Shown here: positions 39,501 through 51,900 of the stretch, piece by piece
Layout of the letters: each line of letters begins with the position of its first letter
How positions within the stretch are numbered: the stretch's first letter is position 1
Origin: Macrostomum hystrix
Lineage: Eukaryota; Animalia; Platyhelminthes
Assembly (NCBI GenBank): GCA_950097015.1
Contig: CATNEN010000003.1
Coordinates: 5,704,001 to 5,768,000, forward strand
Direction of reading: 5' to 3'
Length of the DNA stretch: 64,000 nt
Notes under the pieces: model-generated
What the model was told of the DNA's origin: nothing
Seen by the model: only the letters and a program-made list of their open reading frames with translations
Database searches by the model: none
Program-made: the position numbers and the translations under genes

Positions 39501-42500
39501 AGCTCGATTCCAAGGCGAGGCCACATTCATTTTGGGGCTTGTCGTGCAATTACGCCCTTATACAGTGAAGTGTACACTGCCTGACGATGAGAAAGTCAAG
39601 GGCAGATGTTCACACCTGTGTGTGCGTGTGTGCTCAGGAGTCAGCGAAATGGGCAGAATTGCCTCCTCGCTGGCTGCAGATCGTGTGTCACCAAATGATG
39701 GGCCATTGCCCGCAGCCCTCCAGCAAATATATTCTTTTTATTATTTATCGAAGCAATCGAAAGTCATTCTTACTTTTTTTCAAACGTTCTCCACCAGCGT
39801 TTAGAATTTCAGCAACTGAAAAGGAGATAAATGAAAGAAGAACTATGCAATATACGCTGGTATTAATCAGTAAATCTGCTACTTCCGAGTTTAGGGTCGC
39901 ATTGTGCACCAAGTCTAGCAGCTAGTCATAGATTTATAAGCTGGAAGTAACCAAATCATCTAGATTTGTGCATCCTGCAGCGCAGGATGGGAGGGAGGTT
40001 TGTAAATTATCTTTTGCTTGAACAATCATCGACACGCTTCACCTTAATCCTACTCAGCATGAAAGTAATATTTTAGAAAAAGGCAGGCACACCAGAGCTT
40101 TAGTTCATTTCTGGCTAAAAACGAACAGGAAGGCTTTGGTGCTCTAACGAGCCTTCACTTCGACCTGAGTTGATGCGGTTTGATCAAAGCCCCAACAGAC
40201 TTTGTGGGGAGAGATTTTTCATTAAATCAAGCCAGCTATTGCATTTCTGGCACTGATCCGAGTTGCAATGGCCTATTCAACCATGTCTGCATTGCTTTGA
40301 AAGAGAACAGTATAGAGGGGAGGGAGAGAAAAAGTAATCCCACTTTGGCTGCAGGATCTATACTTCGGACACGATAACTGGGGGCACAGAGCTAAGCAAA
40401 ACCATTTCAGGAATCTGAACCATTACAGAGCCCCTTTGGGATCGCGAGAGAAAAAAGTTGCATAAACAATCTTGTGCGCAGCAAAGTGCATGCTCGAAGT
40501 GTGCTCAAAAAGTGAAGCCGCATGCGGCCATGTGGCTTGAGAACTGAAGTTTGGGAGGCCTAGTGGTATACCTTGTCTCCAGACGGTTTGAAATCCTTCG
40601 TTGTCGCTGCCAGAAGTCAGCTGGATGGTGTAAAGGCTGACAACGTGGCTGAGCAGCCTAGTCCAGGCGATGCTGGAGTGATTCGCTGGAACGAGGAGGC
40701 CGGCCCAATTCTCTTACTCTGTTTTCTTTTTTCTCCTTCGCGTTCGATTGTGGCAAACTTTATCGCCAATTGATAAGCTCTTAGCGGGCTGGCGATTAAG
40801 CGAAAACGTTCTTGGTCCTTTGGAGGGTCAGAAAGTCCTGCGAATGCCAGCTTTCCGCAGGCTCGTGAGTCTTTGGCTATTTCTCATCAGTTGAGACGGG
40901 GGGCAAATATCCTTTTGCCGAGGTGCGCCTACCCTCACGGGCTGCCAGTGGCGCAGCTGATTGGCTGGGCCGAGTTGCGGACGAGAGGGGCAGGACGTGG
41001 CAGAATGGAAGGCCGACGGGCAGAAGATTGGGGAGAATAATGAGAAGTGGAGCAGGCAAAGAAAATTGCCCCATCTGGAAGGAGCCAGAGAATGGTAAGA
41101 GTGCAAAAAAGAACACCAGCTTGCTGGTGCGACTTGGAGGACGAAGGTTCTACGCTTTCTCATTCAGGTTTGGCACGCCAGCTCATTGTAGCCACCCTGA
41201 ATTGCTTCTTCCCTTTTTTACAGAAAGGAAGTGCCAAGTATTTTTGGCTGCAACCTTTACACCTGCCTATCAAGATAGATTGCTGGATGCCAAATACATG
41301 CGACTTTCGTTCAAAGCTATTTTGACACCTACGCGAGGCATAAATTCCAACCTAGTTTAATTAAATTCTCAAAAGTAATTCTCAAATGGATGTACAGGCC
41401 ACACTACTAATAGTAAAATCACGCAGATGCTACCAGACTGCCAGGACGTTTTTCAGTGAACTCACCTCCAATTTGAAATGTTGCATTGACAGTGCCTTGC
41501 AGATTTGTGAATAAGCAAGTGTAGTTGCCGGCGTCATCGGTTCTCACTGGTCTCACGGTCAGTCGGCTGGCCATTTCGTGAGGCCTGAAAATCGGACGAG
41601 ACAAAAATCTAATATTTTTCTGGACAAAATTGGCTTTCCATAATGACGCAGGGGAGTCAGTGGCAGAGCGGTTAACGCCTTTGCCTCTCACGCCAAGGTC
41701 CCTGAGCTCGATTCCGCGGCGAGGCCACAATTATTTGGGTAGCAGCCACGGAGAGAAGGCTTGGGGGGCTTGTGCAATTTACGTCCTTGACGGTCAACCT
41801 CCAAGGCACAGTGAAGTGTACACTGCCTGACGATGAGAAAGTCAGGGCAGATGTACATACCTGTGCGAGTGTGTGCTCAGGTCAGAAGTCAGTGATATGG
41901 GCAGCATTGCCTCCTCGCTCGCTGAGGGTCTAGTGTCCCCAAATGATGTGCAGCAGCTCATTGCCCGCAGCCCGCAGCCCTCCAGCAATTATTATTATTA
42001 TTGATATTAATATTAAAAATTCGGATGCATTTTTTACGGTAAACATTGCATACCGCCTCTTGTACTGAGCTCTAATTCGGTCAGTGAGGATCAGCTCAGC
42101 GCCGTCCTTGAGCCAGCGCACAACGGGAGTTGGCTCTCCTGTTGCTGCGCACACAAAGCGCATGGAGACGTCGCGACTGTCACGAAGAGGTGTGACGCCC
42201 TGCGGTATCGCTTTGACGATCAAGGGCGCCTCGGCTGCAAAAAAATACAAGCGTATAGTTGGCTTGTGCAGTGACGCAGGGCATTTACTATCGAAAGTCT
42301 TTCACGAACTACGAGTATTTAAAGTGTCCTTAACATCTTCAGGATATAATCTAGGGGCTATAGCATACTGTGTTACCTTTTTCTGTGCTTATATTTCAAT
42401 GTTAATTGATAAAAGTCGCTAAATAGCGAATAGAGATAAGATTTGATCGAGCTTAAAAAGCTTATTTTTTCCGCTTGCAGCTCAAATCAAGAGAGAGAGA

Positions 42501-45455
42501 CGGAGCAGCCTAGAAAGAAAGAAAATGCAAGCAAAACTGACGCACAGCTATTCCAACGGAAGCAGTGACATTCCGCTGGAATTCTGGCGAAGCTTCGACC
42601 GTTTGTCATACTGGGCGTCGATCACACCAGAGAAGGACATTGTCGTATTCAGAGAGCCCAATGGACCTCGACAGTCTATTAGCTTTGCCAACTATCACAG
42701 CATAACTAATGGTATTGCAAGCTACTTGATTCGGAACCATCCTGATCTTCAAGCTGGGGACAATGTGCTAATCTTGGGACCGAACTGCCTTGGCTATTGT
42801 CTGGTTTCGACTGGTTTACTGAAAGCAGGCCTGACAAATTTAAAGCTGCACCCTCAGACACCTGCTTATCTGCTGCGCTGGGTTCGCAAGACCAACGCCA
42901 AGGCGGTGTTTTATTATGCTGACAATGGCAAATTTCAGACTGGAGCTGACTGGATAGAGGACGCCACAGTCACCTTACGCATGGACTTCGACGCACTGAT
43001 ACGCCTAGGACAAGAGGTTACTGACTCGGTCAAAAGTGAAGAACTGCAACTGGAGCTTGAGAAGAGGCAAGCGCAGATCTCCGCTGATGACAACTTCTGC
43101 CTATATCCGACCTCGGGCACTACTGGAGAGCCGAAACTGGTGGCTCAGTCCCACTTCTCCATGGTAAACAGCGTCAGGTTTCGAGCAATGAGCGCCCTGC
43201 TCACCAGCGAAGACATCTTCTTCACCGATCGGGCCACAGCGCACATCGTGGGCGACTTCGGTCTCCTCACGGCGATGCTGCAGGGACTGACTCTGGTGAT
43301 CGCACCAGCTGGCGCATTCGCTAGTGACAGGTGCGCTAAAAACGCTGCCTGGCTTCTCGACATGCTAGCTGAGGAAAAGGTGACCAGCGGTGACTTCTTT
43401 GGCTACTTGGTGCATGACATTCTGCACAAAGCGGCCCGATCTCCACCAGATAGCCTCCGCTGCGCCCTGATCGCTGGCGCCATCACAACCAGTCAGCAGA
43501 TGGCTGCCGCAATGACCCTGCTACCTGGCATAGTGAACTACTACGGCTCTACCGAGACGAGCATGATCACGGCCCCATGTCCACCCTGGGGACCTACAGA
43601 CGACCAACAGGCCAGGCGAGACACGGTTGGCTTGCCAGCAATGCACATGGAAGTGATTGTCAACGAGCCCAACAATAGAAATGCCATTCCACTGCCGGTA
43701 GGTTGCACAGGTGAGATCTGGGTTCGAGGCTTCTCCGTGATGCGTGGCTACTACAATGATCCGGAGAAGACAAGAGAAGCGATGACGGAGACTGGCTGGT
43801 ATCGAACAGGTGATCTAGGTCACATCGACGGCAACGGTCGCGTGACAGTGACTGGACGGATCAAGGATCTGATCATTCGCGGCTCGGTAAACATTGCTCC
43901 CAGCACCGTGGAGCAGGTTCTGCAGGCTCACCCGGCTTTGCTAGCTGTGGTGGCGCTCGGTGTTCCTGATGAACGACTCGGCGAGGAGATTGCCGCCTGC
44001 GTTGTGCTACGAAAGGAGCGTCGCGAACTTCAACAACCAGAGCTGGACATTGTCCGCGAGCTCGTCGAGTGGTGCGAAGCTCGAGGCCTGAAAGAAAGTC
44101 GAGACGGATTGTCCAGCACTCCTCGATATTGGGCCTTTCTGGACGACTTTCCGACGAGCCGCATCGGCAAGATTGTGCGCTCGGAACTGCGCGAGCACGT
44201 GACCGGGGGCAAAGGCTTCATCGACAGTCTTGATTATTTTACTGGTAATTGACAACTTAGGAAAGAGAGAGCAGGATGTGATGAATTAATTAGTTTGTTT
44301 TGCAAACTATTTTTGAACCTTATGTCATTCATCAGACCCATGGCTAGACTGGGCATATGAGAACTTCGGTAGCAGTGTGCTATAAATAGATGCCATCTAA
44401 GGGACGCCCACGCCCCTTATGGCAAAACTGAATACCGACTAGCTCTAGATTTCCTTTTTGATTCATTATCGCAATTAAAGCAAAAAAACATTTTCGAATT
44501 CTAAAATCCTAACTTGACGCCATAATAAACAGCAACAAGAAATCTAATCCGACTCCTAGTTATGCTTATTTCTATATGTGCAGCTTTTATTGTTGCGTTA
44601 GTTTTAATTTTATTAAGCCTTCTTAGCTTTTTAATACGTAAGTTCCATAGTTCAATGAATAAAGCGAGACTCATTCTGGCGAGCAAGAATAACCTATAAG
44701 ATGCATGCAAGCAAAACAATGGAATTCCACATTTTTTGACATCGGCTAGAAATTCCGCCCACGATTTTTATTCAGCTTCTCGTCAATTTAAAAAAAGAAA
44801 ACTCTAATTGTAAAATTGCATAATTTCATAATTACAGTACGAGCTAAACAAGCAAATGCAGATTTAGCAACGCTCATAATATATACTCACGACATCGCCT
44901 AGGACTAGTACAGCTGACTCGTCTGAACTTCTTGAGACTGTGCGGTCGGAATTTGATGGGCAGAAAGCTGTGCCTGAAGTAGGCCGGGTCCCGAGTGGGC
45001 GCCAGGAAGAAGATGTAGCCCTTGTCGTTTTCCTTCAACCGGCTAGGTGTGCACTGCTGTCTCTGGCGAGTTCGCTGGCGTCTAGACAAAGCTCCACTGA
45101 ATTCGCCCACTGTGATTCGACTCCCAGGGCTAATCTTTGTTGCGGACTCAGTTTGAGCACTTTTGAGCACAGATTGAACCACAGCTGTGATGTTGAACCT
45201 GTGCGATCTTGCTGATCTCGTCTCCGCCTGTTGCCAAGTCACAATGTGAAGCACCACGGCAGACTGCAACCACTTGGACTGGATGTCGTGAAACTGGCTG
45301 CCGCATTCTAGACGGCCATCATTGCCGTCTCCCATTGCTGTCTGGCGCAGGTTCTGCCACTTGCGCCGGTTGGCTTGCACAGGGACCAGGTAGATGCCGG
45401 CCAGCAGAGACAGACAGACCAACAAACCGGTGAACACGTGTACACTTTGCGACAT
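33556..45455 (-). CDS. NRG: Neuregulin/vein-like EGFR-family ligand, membrane isoform; exons ~45455-44891, 42234-42054, 41584-41466, 39386-39284, 38440-38391, 36370-36256, 35355-35292, 34569-33556
   Basis: Signal peptide. N-domain CTPSRLKENDKGYIFFL...SFLP...LKKFRRVSC resembles the NRG1 type-II/NRG2 N-terminus. Ig domain (FVCAATGEP..VRWLKDG; DDAGNYTC). EGF CDASNETHCMNGGTC...HCVC. Juxtamembrane/TM RVLTAATLGVAVTVILGILVLSWYL resembles NRG KRVLT. Basic stop-transfer sequence and Q/S/P-rich tail. Confidence 0.85.
34668..34840 (-). mobile_element. SINE family B, degenerate
   Basis: Shares cagtccatggac, gctggtacccattt and cactgggctacaa with the other copies. Confidence 0.6.
36436..36845. repeat. 23 bp minisatellite (gggctgttgttacatcctacatc)
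   Basis: Tandem copies visible. Confidence 0.93.
38932..38980 (-). CDS. Alternative terminal exon of the neuregulin-like gene (VCPSNFTGRICEKFDK*), predicted secreted isoform
   Basis: Acceptor tttgcag. Phase matches the EGF exon. Gives canonical C5-x8-C6 spacing, then an in-frame stop. Minus-strand AATAAA at 38617-38622 and 38561-38566. Confidence 0.75.
39450..39745 (+). mobile_element. SINE family A, neuregulin intron
   Basis: Head, body and 3' hairpin match. Confidence 0.8.
41650..42003 (+). mobile_element. SINE family A, full length, in the intron splitting the Ig domain
   Basis: A-box TGGCAGAGCGG, B-box-like GCTCGATTCC, body, (ATT)n tail. Confidence 0.85.
42525..44252 (+). CDS. AMP-dependent acyl-CoA synthetase (ANL superfamily, ACSF2-like), single coding exon, nested antisense in a neuregulin intron
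   Basis: 575 aa ORF with YPTSGTTGEPK, YYGSTET, GEIWVRG, YRTGDLG, GRIKDLIIRG and PTSRIGKIVR adenylation motifs. Confidence 0.92.
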   Translation: MQAKLTHSYSNGSSDIPLEFWRSFDRLSYWASITPEKDIVVFREPNGPRQSISFANYHSITNGIASYLIRNHPDLQAGDNVLILGPNCLGYCLVSTGLLKAGLTNLKLHPQTPAYLLRWVRKTNAKAVFYYADNGKFQTGADWIEDATVTLRMDFDALIRLGQEVTDSVKSEELQLELEKRQAQISADDNFCLYPTSGTTGEPKLVAQSHFSMVNSVRFRAMSALLTSEDIFFTDRATAHIVGDFGLLTAMLQGLTLVIAPAGAFASDRCAKNAAWLLDMLAEEKVTSGDFFGYLVHDILHKAARSPPDSLRCALIAGAITTSQQMAAAMTLLPGIVNYYGSTETSMITAPCPPWGPTDDQQARRDTVGLPAMHMEVIVNEPNNRNAIPLPVGCTGEIWVRGFSVMRGYYNDPEKTREAMTETGWYRTGDLGHIDGNGRVTVTGRIKDLIIRGSVNIAPSTVEQVLQAHPALLAVVALGVPDERLGEEIAACVVLRKERRELQQPELDIVRELVEWCEARGLKESRDGLSSTPRYWAFLDDFPTSRIGKIVRSELREHVTGGKGFIDSLDYFTGN

Positions 45456-47324
45456 TTCTACGTCGAAGATCAAGACGTTGGGCGAATTATGAAGCTAAGA
45501 TTTTTTATTTTGTGTCTGCGATTATATTTTATTGGGAGTTGGAACGATGAGGTGGGTGCACTCGCTGTTGAGCTGTTGGCGAGCGAATGCCACACAAGGC
45601 CGAAGTTATAAGAATGTTGGAGTATGGGGTAGGCTGTAGGTAGCCAGTAAGTCTCATTAGAAGCTAGTCTAAAATATACAATGTACAAAGAGTTGAGTTT
45701 AGGCAGAATTGCACCTGGCCATTTAGCAGTAAACTAAATTTAAATTTCACCTATAGGCCTCTTGCTGTTGTTTCGATGATGCTCAAATGAGAGCGTGGGA
45801 AAAGTCTCGTAATGCTGCAGCCTTCAGACTATCAAGAAGCCGAGGTAGGTATCTTGGATAAGCAAGCCTTGACAGACACAGTGTTTGCTATAAGTTTCTG
45901 GCTGGGCTCGCTAAAGGCGTGGGCGGATGCGAAAGCGAATTAGATAAAGACAGTTGTGACATTAAAGAAAATACCTAAAGAGCCCCTGCTGTGTATTTTT
46001 CGTCGAAGAGCCTCCGAGAAAAGTATTGGACTCTAACGCTGCGTAGGTGGCTTACCCTGCTGAACTCATGCAGATAGTCGGATATAACTGTAAATTGCAT
46101 TCTTTTGCGTTAGAGTGCGATGCGAAGATGCGTCCGCAGCGGCTTTTAGGCGCGATTTTGAGCAGTCTGTGAGTCCTTCTTCAAGCCAGCGAATCAGGTT
46201 TGGAGGAGGACGGAGAGAAGCGATCGAATTGCCTCTGCCAGAAGCTGGGCAATGGCTTAGGCCAGCATGTGTATGATTCCTCTATGTAGAATTTCAGGGA
46301 CTACTCATGAATGCCGAGGTCAGTGTTAATTTCATCCTTCATAATCGTTGCATAAAGGCTTAGATTGGCTGTCCGTAACAGGTGTGGCGACTCCGGGAGG
46401 TTCAATCTTGACAGAATCACTGGCGACTTATAATGTTCCTGATGCATGTGTGTGAATCAGCCACTTGCAATTCTGATTGCAGACGGGGTGTGAGAAAAAC
46501 AGGCTCTGAGAAAGGACGAGAGGTGCAGATTTTTGAAGTGGGCATGTTGAGTGGGTCGCGCGGTTTTAAGCCAGTCAGTTCAATCATTTCGCATCCTCAA
46601 TGACTATATGTTGCGCTTTCTTAACTCTTACGAGACTCCTTGGTAAAATCCGGCTCGCGGCCATCAATGTGAATTGGTTGTCGATTCGTCTTGTCGAATT
46701 TGTTGTACCGCGTCGGCGTGAAGACAAATAATTGAATTGAGCACAAATGTGTCAGCTGCATGATCAGCTGTGGGGTCTGCTTACACAGGGACTGAAGAGT
46801 TCCTGTGCATGACCAAAGTCTTAAGCTCGAACCGAACAACCAATTCTGGGAGCTTTTCGATCAATTTCCCCAGCGCTAAAATAATTAATTTCCAAACAAG
46901 CTCAATAAAAAAGGCAAACACAAAAAGGACATTTTCCTATGAATGACAAATGGCACATTGTGTCACCGCTAGCTTCAAAAGAACATGCTGCAACTGCAGC
47001 TGTGTGAAGCAGCTAGCCCTTCAAGGGACTTTCTTGGAAACGACTCAAGAGCTTGAGTAGAGCTTGCATAGAGCTCGTAGCACATGTCATGCAGACTTCT
47101 CAATGACCAATAGTTTGTCATGATGATTGCAATGGTAGCAGTTCAGTTCATTATAGAATATGAACAACATAGTCCTCTGCAGACTTAAAACTTTAACTTT
47201 TTTATGTTCGATGTGGCGAATAAAATATTGTTTAATTTTTGTTTGGATTAGTTTTTTAAGTCATTGCATGATTACCGTTTCGTCATGGCGACATTATAAG
47301 CGTTATTCATGCGTTTCTTCATGA

Positions 47325-47760
47325 AACAAGGGAGAGATGAGACAAGGGGAGAGATGAGACAAGGGGAGAGATGAGACAAGGGGAGAGATGAGACAAGGGG
47401 AGAGATGGGACAGGGGAGAGATGAGACACGGGAGAGATGTGACAGGGAGAGATGAGACAGGGAGAGATGAGACAGGGAGAGATGAGACAGGGAGAGATGA
47501 GACAAGGGAGAGATGAGACAAGGGGAGAGATGAGACAAGGGGAGAGATGAGACAAGGGGAGAGATGGGACAGGGGAGAGATGAGACACGGGAGAGATGAG
47601 ACAGGGAGAGATGAGACAGGGGATAGATGAGATAGGCGAGAGATGAGACAGGGAGAGATGAGACAAGGGAGAGATGAGACAGGGAGAGATGAGACAGGGG
47701 ATAGATGAGATAGGCGAGAGATGAGACAGGGAGGGATGCGACAGGGGAGAGATGAGACAG
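47325..47760. repeat. 15-17 bp minisatellite (gagacaaggggagagat)
   Basis: Tandem copies visible. Confidence 0.92.
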
Positions 47761-48993
47761 TAGGTGTGTCCAAAGGTGTGTTGATAAGGAAGGTACCGGG
47801 CCTCGGGCAACCGGTTTTAATGCTTTACACATTCACACACTTAAAAAAGAATGCAGTACTAACAGTAGTCTGCAAAAGGTTAATGTTACAAACGTATTCA
47901 TGCATTTAAGCTTAAATAAAAAAACTATAAAAGGCAGTGTTGCACATTTTTTAAATCGATTTTCAGCAACTTTTTGACGAGTCTATGATCCATTTTATAG
48001 AAAAAGATTTTATATTTATATTATTTTTCTTTGCACTTTCACTCTGCCATTCCGTATAAGTAAGGTAGTTTCTAACTAAACTATTGGGCCTAAAGCCTCA
48101 CCTGCATCCAATAATTAATTAGTGATGTGGACTAGTGCTCCATTCTATAATTGGTGTTTTGTAAGTCCTGAAAAGCCTGCAAAATTCCTCTACCTGGAAT
48201 GCGACACCGCAACTGGGGGGTGGGGGATGGACGGATAAAAGGGGGGACGGACGACAATAGAATTTGGAGTGCTCAGAAAAAATCACCGCCTGTTTCCTAC
48301 CCTGCTGGACCCTTTCTCACTTCCTCTGAAGCCGACCGCTCAAAGTAAGTAAACTCAAAAAAACTCAAGAGAAACAGACGGACGCCCACGTACCACGTTA
48401 GGCAGACTAAACTCGGTTTCACTTCAAACTTCTAATCTCTGGCAGTTTCTCAAACTTGAGTCACAGTCGCACGCGCGGAGGTGGGGTTGGTGCTGTCCGC
48501 CAGACCTAGTCTGCACTGGTTGCCTTTAACTTAGGCGATGAGTGGATGGGGGAAGGAAAGAAATCATAGAGGAGGCGGTGGGCCAGAATGTACATTCAAA
48601 GCCAACCCCAACCCCAACCCCAACATAGCCTAAATAGAATTCAGTGTACAATCGCTAGAACCCTTCTCTCTCCTCATTGGGCTAATGATTTTCAGATTAA
48701 TAAACGTACAGGCTACATCCATAGGGGAATCCTTTGTTAGCCAAAATAAAACTAACATAGAGGAAGAGATTGCAGTTGTGTTAGTTGAAATTTCATAAAC
48801 TGAAGAGGCCAAGGGCTATTAAATACGGTTTGAGAAGGCGTGAGTTTAGAGTTGCTGTTCTGTCTGAGTACAGAATTATACACAACTGATAATACGAGCA
48901 AAGCTATTGTATTGATTCAAAATGCTATTTATGTTCATACAAAACTGATTTTCAAACGCAGCCACTGTTACTGAGTACTGAGCCCTGTCAGGT

Positions 48994-51900
48994 ATGCCCG
49001 GCTATACGTACTTTTTCGTTGACAGCGTGCCTAAACAGTGCATTTGTCCAATATGTAAGCTGCCGATGCAGGCGCCAGTGATTCTGACATCCTGTCAGCA
49101 CACATTTTGCGATTCCTGTCTGCGACCGAGGCACGCGTGAGTACCAAAAATGTTGCATTGTTAGGGATTAAAATATTACTGAGTGGATTAGAGCCAAGAC
49201 ACTTAATAACTGACGGTATAATACAAGTATTTAGGCACTGAAGAACTGAAGGGATAATATTTAGGCACTGAAGAACTGAAGGGATAATATTTAGGAACTG
49301 AAGAACTGAAGGGATAATATTTAGGAACTGAAGAACTGAAGGGATAATATTTAGGAACTGAAGAACTGAAGGGATAATATTTAGGCACTGAAGAACTGAA
49401 GGGATAATATTTAGGCACTCAAGAACTGAAGGGATAATATTTAGGAACTGAAGAACTGAAGGGATAATATTTAGGAACTGAAGAACTGAAGGGATAATAT
49501 TTAGGAACTGAAGAACTGAAGGGATAATATTTAGGCACTGAAGAACTGAAGGGATAATATTTAGGCACTGAAGAACTGAAGGGATAATATTTAGGAACCG
49601 TAGAACTGAAGGGATAATATTTAGGAACTGAAGAACTGAGGGGATAATATTTAGGCACTGAAGAACTGAAGGGATAATATTTAGGCACTGAAGAACTGAA
49701 GGGATAATATTTAGGAACTGAAGAACTGAGGGGATAATATTTAGGCACTGAAGAACTGAAGGGATAATATTTAGGCACTGAAGAACTGAAGGGATAATAT
49801 TTAGGCACTGAAGAACTGAAGGGATAATATTTAGGAACTGAAGAACTGAAGGGATAATATTTAGGCACTGAAGAACTGAAGGGATAATATTTAGGCACTG
49901 AAGAACTGAAGGGATAATATTTAGGAACTGAAGAACTGAAGGGATAATATTTAGGCACTGAAGAACTGAAGGAATAATATTTAGGAACCGTGGAACTGAG
50001 GGGATAATATTTAGGAACCGTAGAACTGAAGGGATAATATTTAGGAACTGAAGAACTGAAGGGATAATTTTATGCACTGAAGAACTAAACCAATAACAAT
50101 TAAGACGTTGTATATTCAGTGTTTTTTTCTGGACGTTCTACTTTACTTTTAGCCAGTAAAAATGAATGATTTTCAGCAACATTCGAGCATCGCTAGACTT
50201 TGAGGCCAGCTTAATGTGCCCATTGGATGAGGTCAGAGTGGACGCGAGAAATGTAAGATTTGTAAATTATCGATTGTTTCAATTTTTTGATAGTTCTCAG
50301 CTTGTTTACGCACTCATATATGAGCTAGATTCTTAGATTTTTCTTAGCAATAAAAGCTAAAAAGTGTGTCAGTTATGTCTCTATCAGGTGTGTCAGTTGA
50401 TGTGTCAATCAGGTGTGTCAGCTGATGTGTCAATCAGGTGTGTCAGCTGATGTGTCAATCAGGTGTGTCAGCTGATGTGTCAATCAGGTGTGTCAGCTGA
50501 TGTGTCAATCAGGTGTGTCATCTGATGTGTCAATCAGGTGTGTCATCTGATGTGTCAATCAGGTGTGTCATCTGATGTGTCAATCAGGTGTGTCATCTGA
50601 TGTGTCAATCAGGTGTGTCGATCAGGTGTGTCATCTGATGTGTCAATCAAGTGTGTCAGCTGATGTGTCAATCAGGTGTGTCAATCAGGTGTGTCATATG
50701 ATGTGTCAATCAGGTGTGTCAGCTGATGTGTCAATCAGGTGTGTCAGCTGATGTGTCAATCAGGTGTGTCAGCTGATGTGTCAATCAGGTGTGTCAGCTG
50801 ATGTGTCAATCAGGTGTGTCAGCTGATGTGCACCAATTCATTTTTAACCTACGCTTAGAAATTCTGACCCAAAGGACAGTCAAAGTGGGTCATAGTTTCG
50901 CTAATGATAAAGTTTGCCCTTAAATTCATACAGGTGCAAGTAAGCGTGGACCTACGAGAGATCATCGAAACCTGCATGGTTCGATGCCCTCAGGAGCCTC
51001 AGGGCTGTCGCTGGGTGGACATTGTCCGTCACGTTCCGGTGAGTTAAGCGTGTGTCAAGTGGCAAATCTGTGGTAGATTTAGCCTCAGTCTGAAATTTGA
51101 TCGGGAATAGGCACCTGGGATTATTTAAGGGGAATATGTGAATCGGCCAAAATTTAGGGAGTAAAAGTTAATGAGTGAGTCATAGGAATGGTGTTATTGT
51201 CTGTTGAATGAGCTGTATTTACAAGAAACTGTCCACTAAATGATCCGAGTTTCTAAGAAACTTTCCACTAATTGACCCAAGTTTCTAAGAAAACTGTTCA
51301 CTTTATGACCTGAGTTTCCAAGAAATTGATTACCGAATGGCCTGACCTTCCAAGGAAAATTCTGTCCACACAAAGACCCGTTTCTAAGAAACTGTTTAAC
51401 AGTCATTTTTAATTAAAAACTTTGAATATCAATGTGTATTGTAAAAAAATTAATTGAGGTTCTAGTGTTCTATGAGGTGAAGTGAACTTGGGTCTAAGTA
51501 AACTCAAAATGGAAAATCAAGTATGAGAAACGAGATGGAATGCTGTGGGTGGAAACAACTGTTAGCGATTGTTTATTTAGCTAGTCGATGAGATCCATTT
51601 CGACTAGCTATTTCCTCGATTTCCACCAGTCCCTACCCACTCTACCCTCTCTACCCACTCTACCTCTCTCTACCCATTCTACCCCTATCTACCCACTCTA
51701 CCTCTCTCTACCCACTCTACCTCTTTCTACCCACTCTACCCCTCTCTACCCATTCTACCCCTATCTACCCACTCTACCTCTCTCTACCCATTCTACCCCT
51801 CTCTACCCACTCTACCTCTCTCTACCCACTCTACCCCTATCTACCCACTCTACCTCTCTCTACCCACTAGTTAACTCTACCCTCTCTACCCTCTCTACCC

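Noticed and set aside
39661-39674. GCCTCCTCGCTGGC in SINE A, matching the HDV ribozyme P3/L3 as I recall it
   Set aside because: I could not build the rest of the fold: no upstream P1 partner, no GG for P1.1, no proper J4/2. The GGC instead pairs in a downstream hairpin. A covariance-model search would settle it.
40573-41360. Overlapping 66-145 aa ORFs in a neuregulin intron
   Set aside because: No domain similarity I can recognise. Likely GC-richer intronic sequence.
41815-41860. CTGACGA...GAAA hammerhead-like core in SINE A
   Set aside because: Only 3 nt separate the two boxes, so there is no stem II. The region forms a simple hairpin.
48602-48624. (CCCCAA)n telomere-like tract
   Set aside because: Only three to four units and internal, so not meaningful as a telomere.
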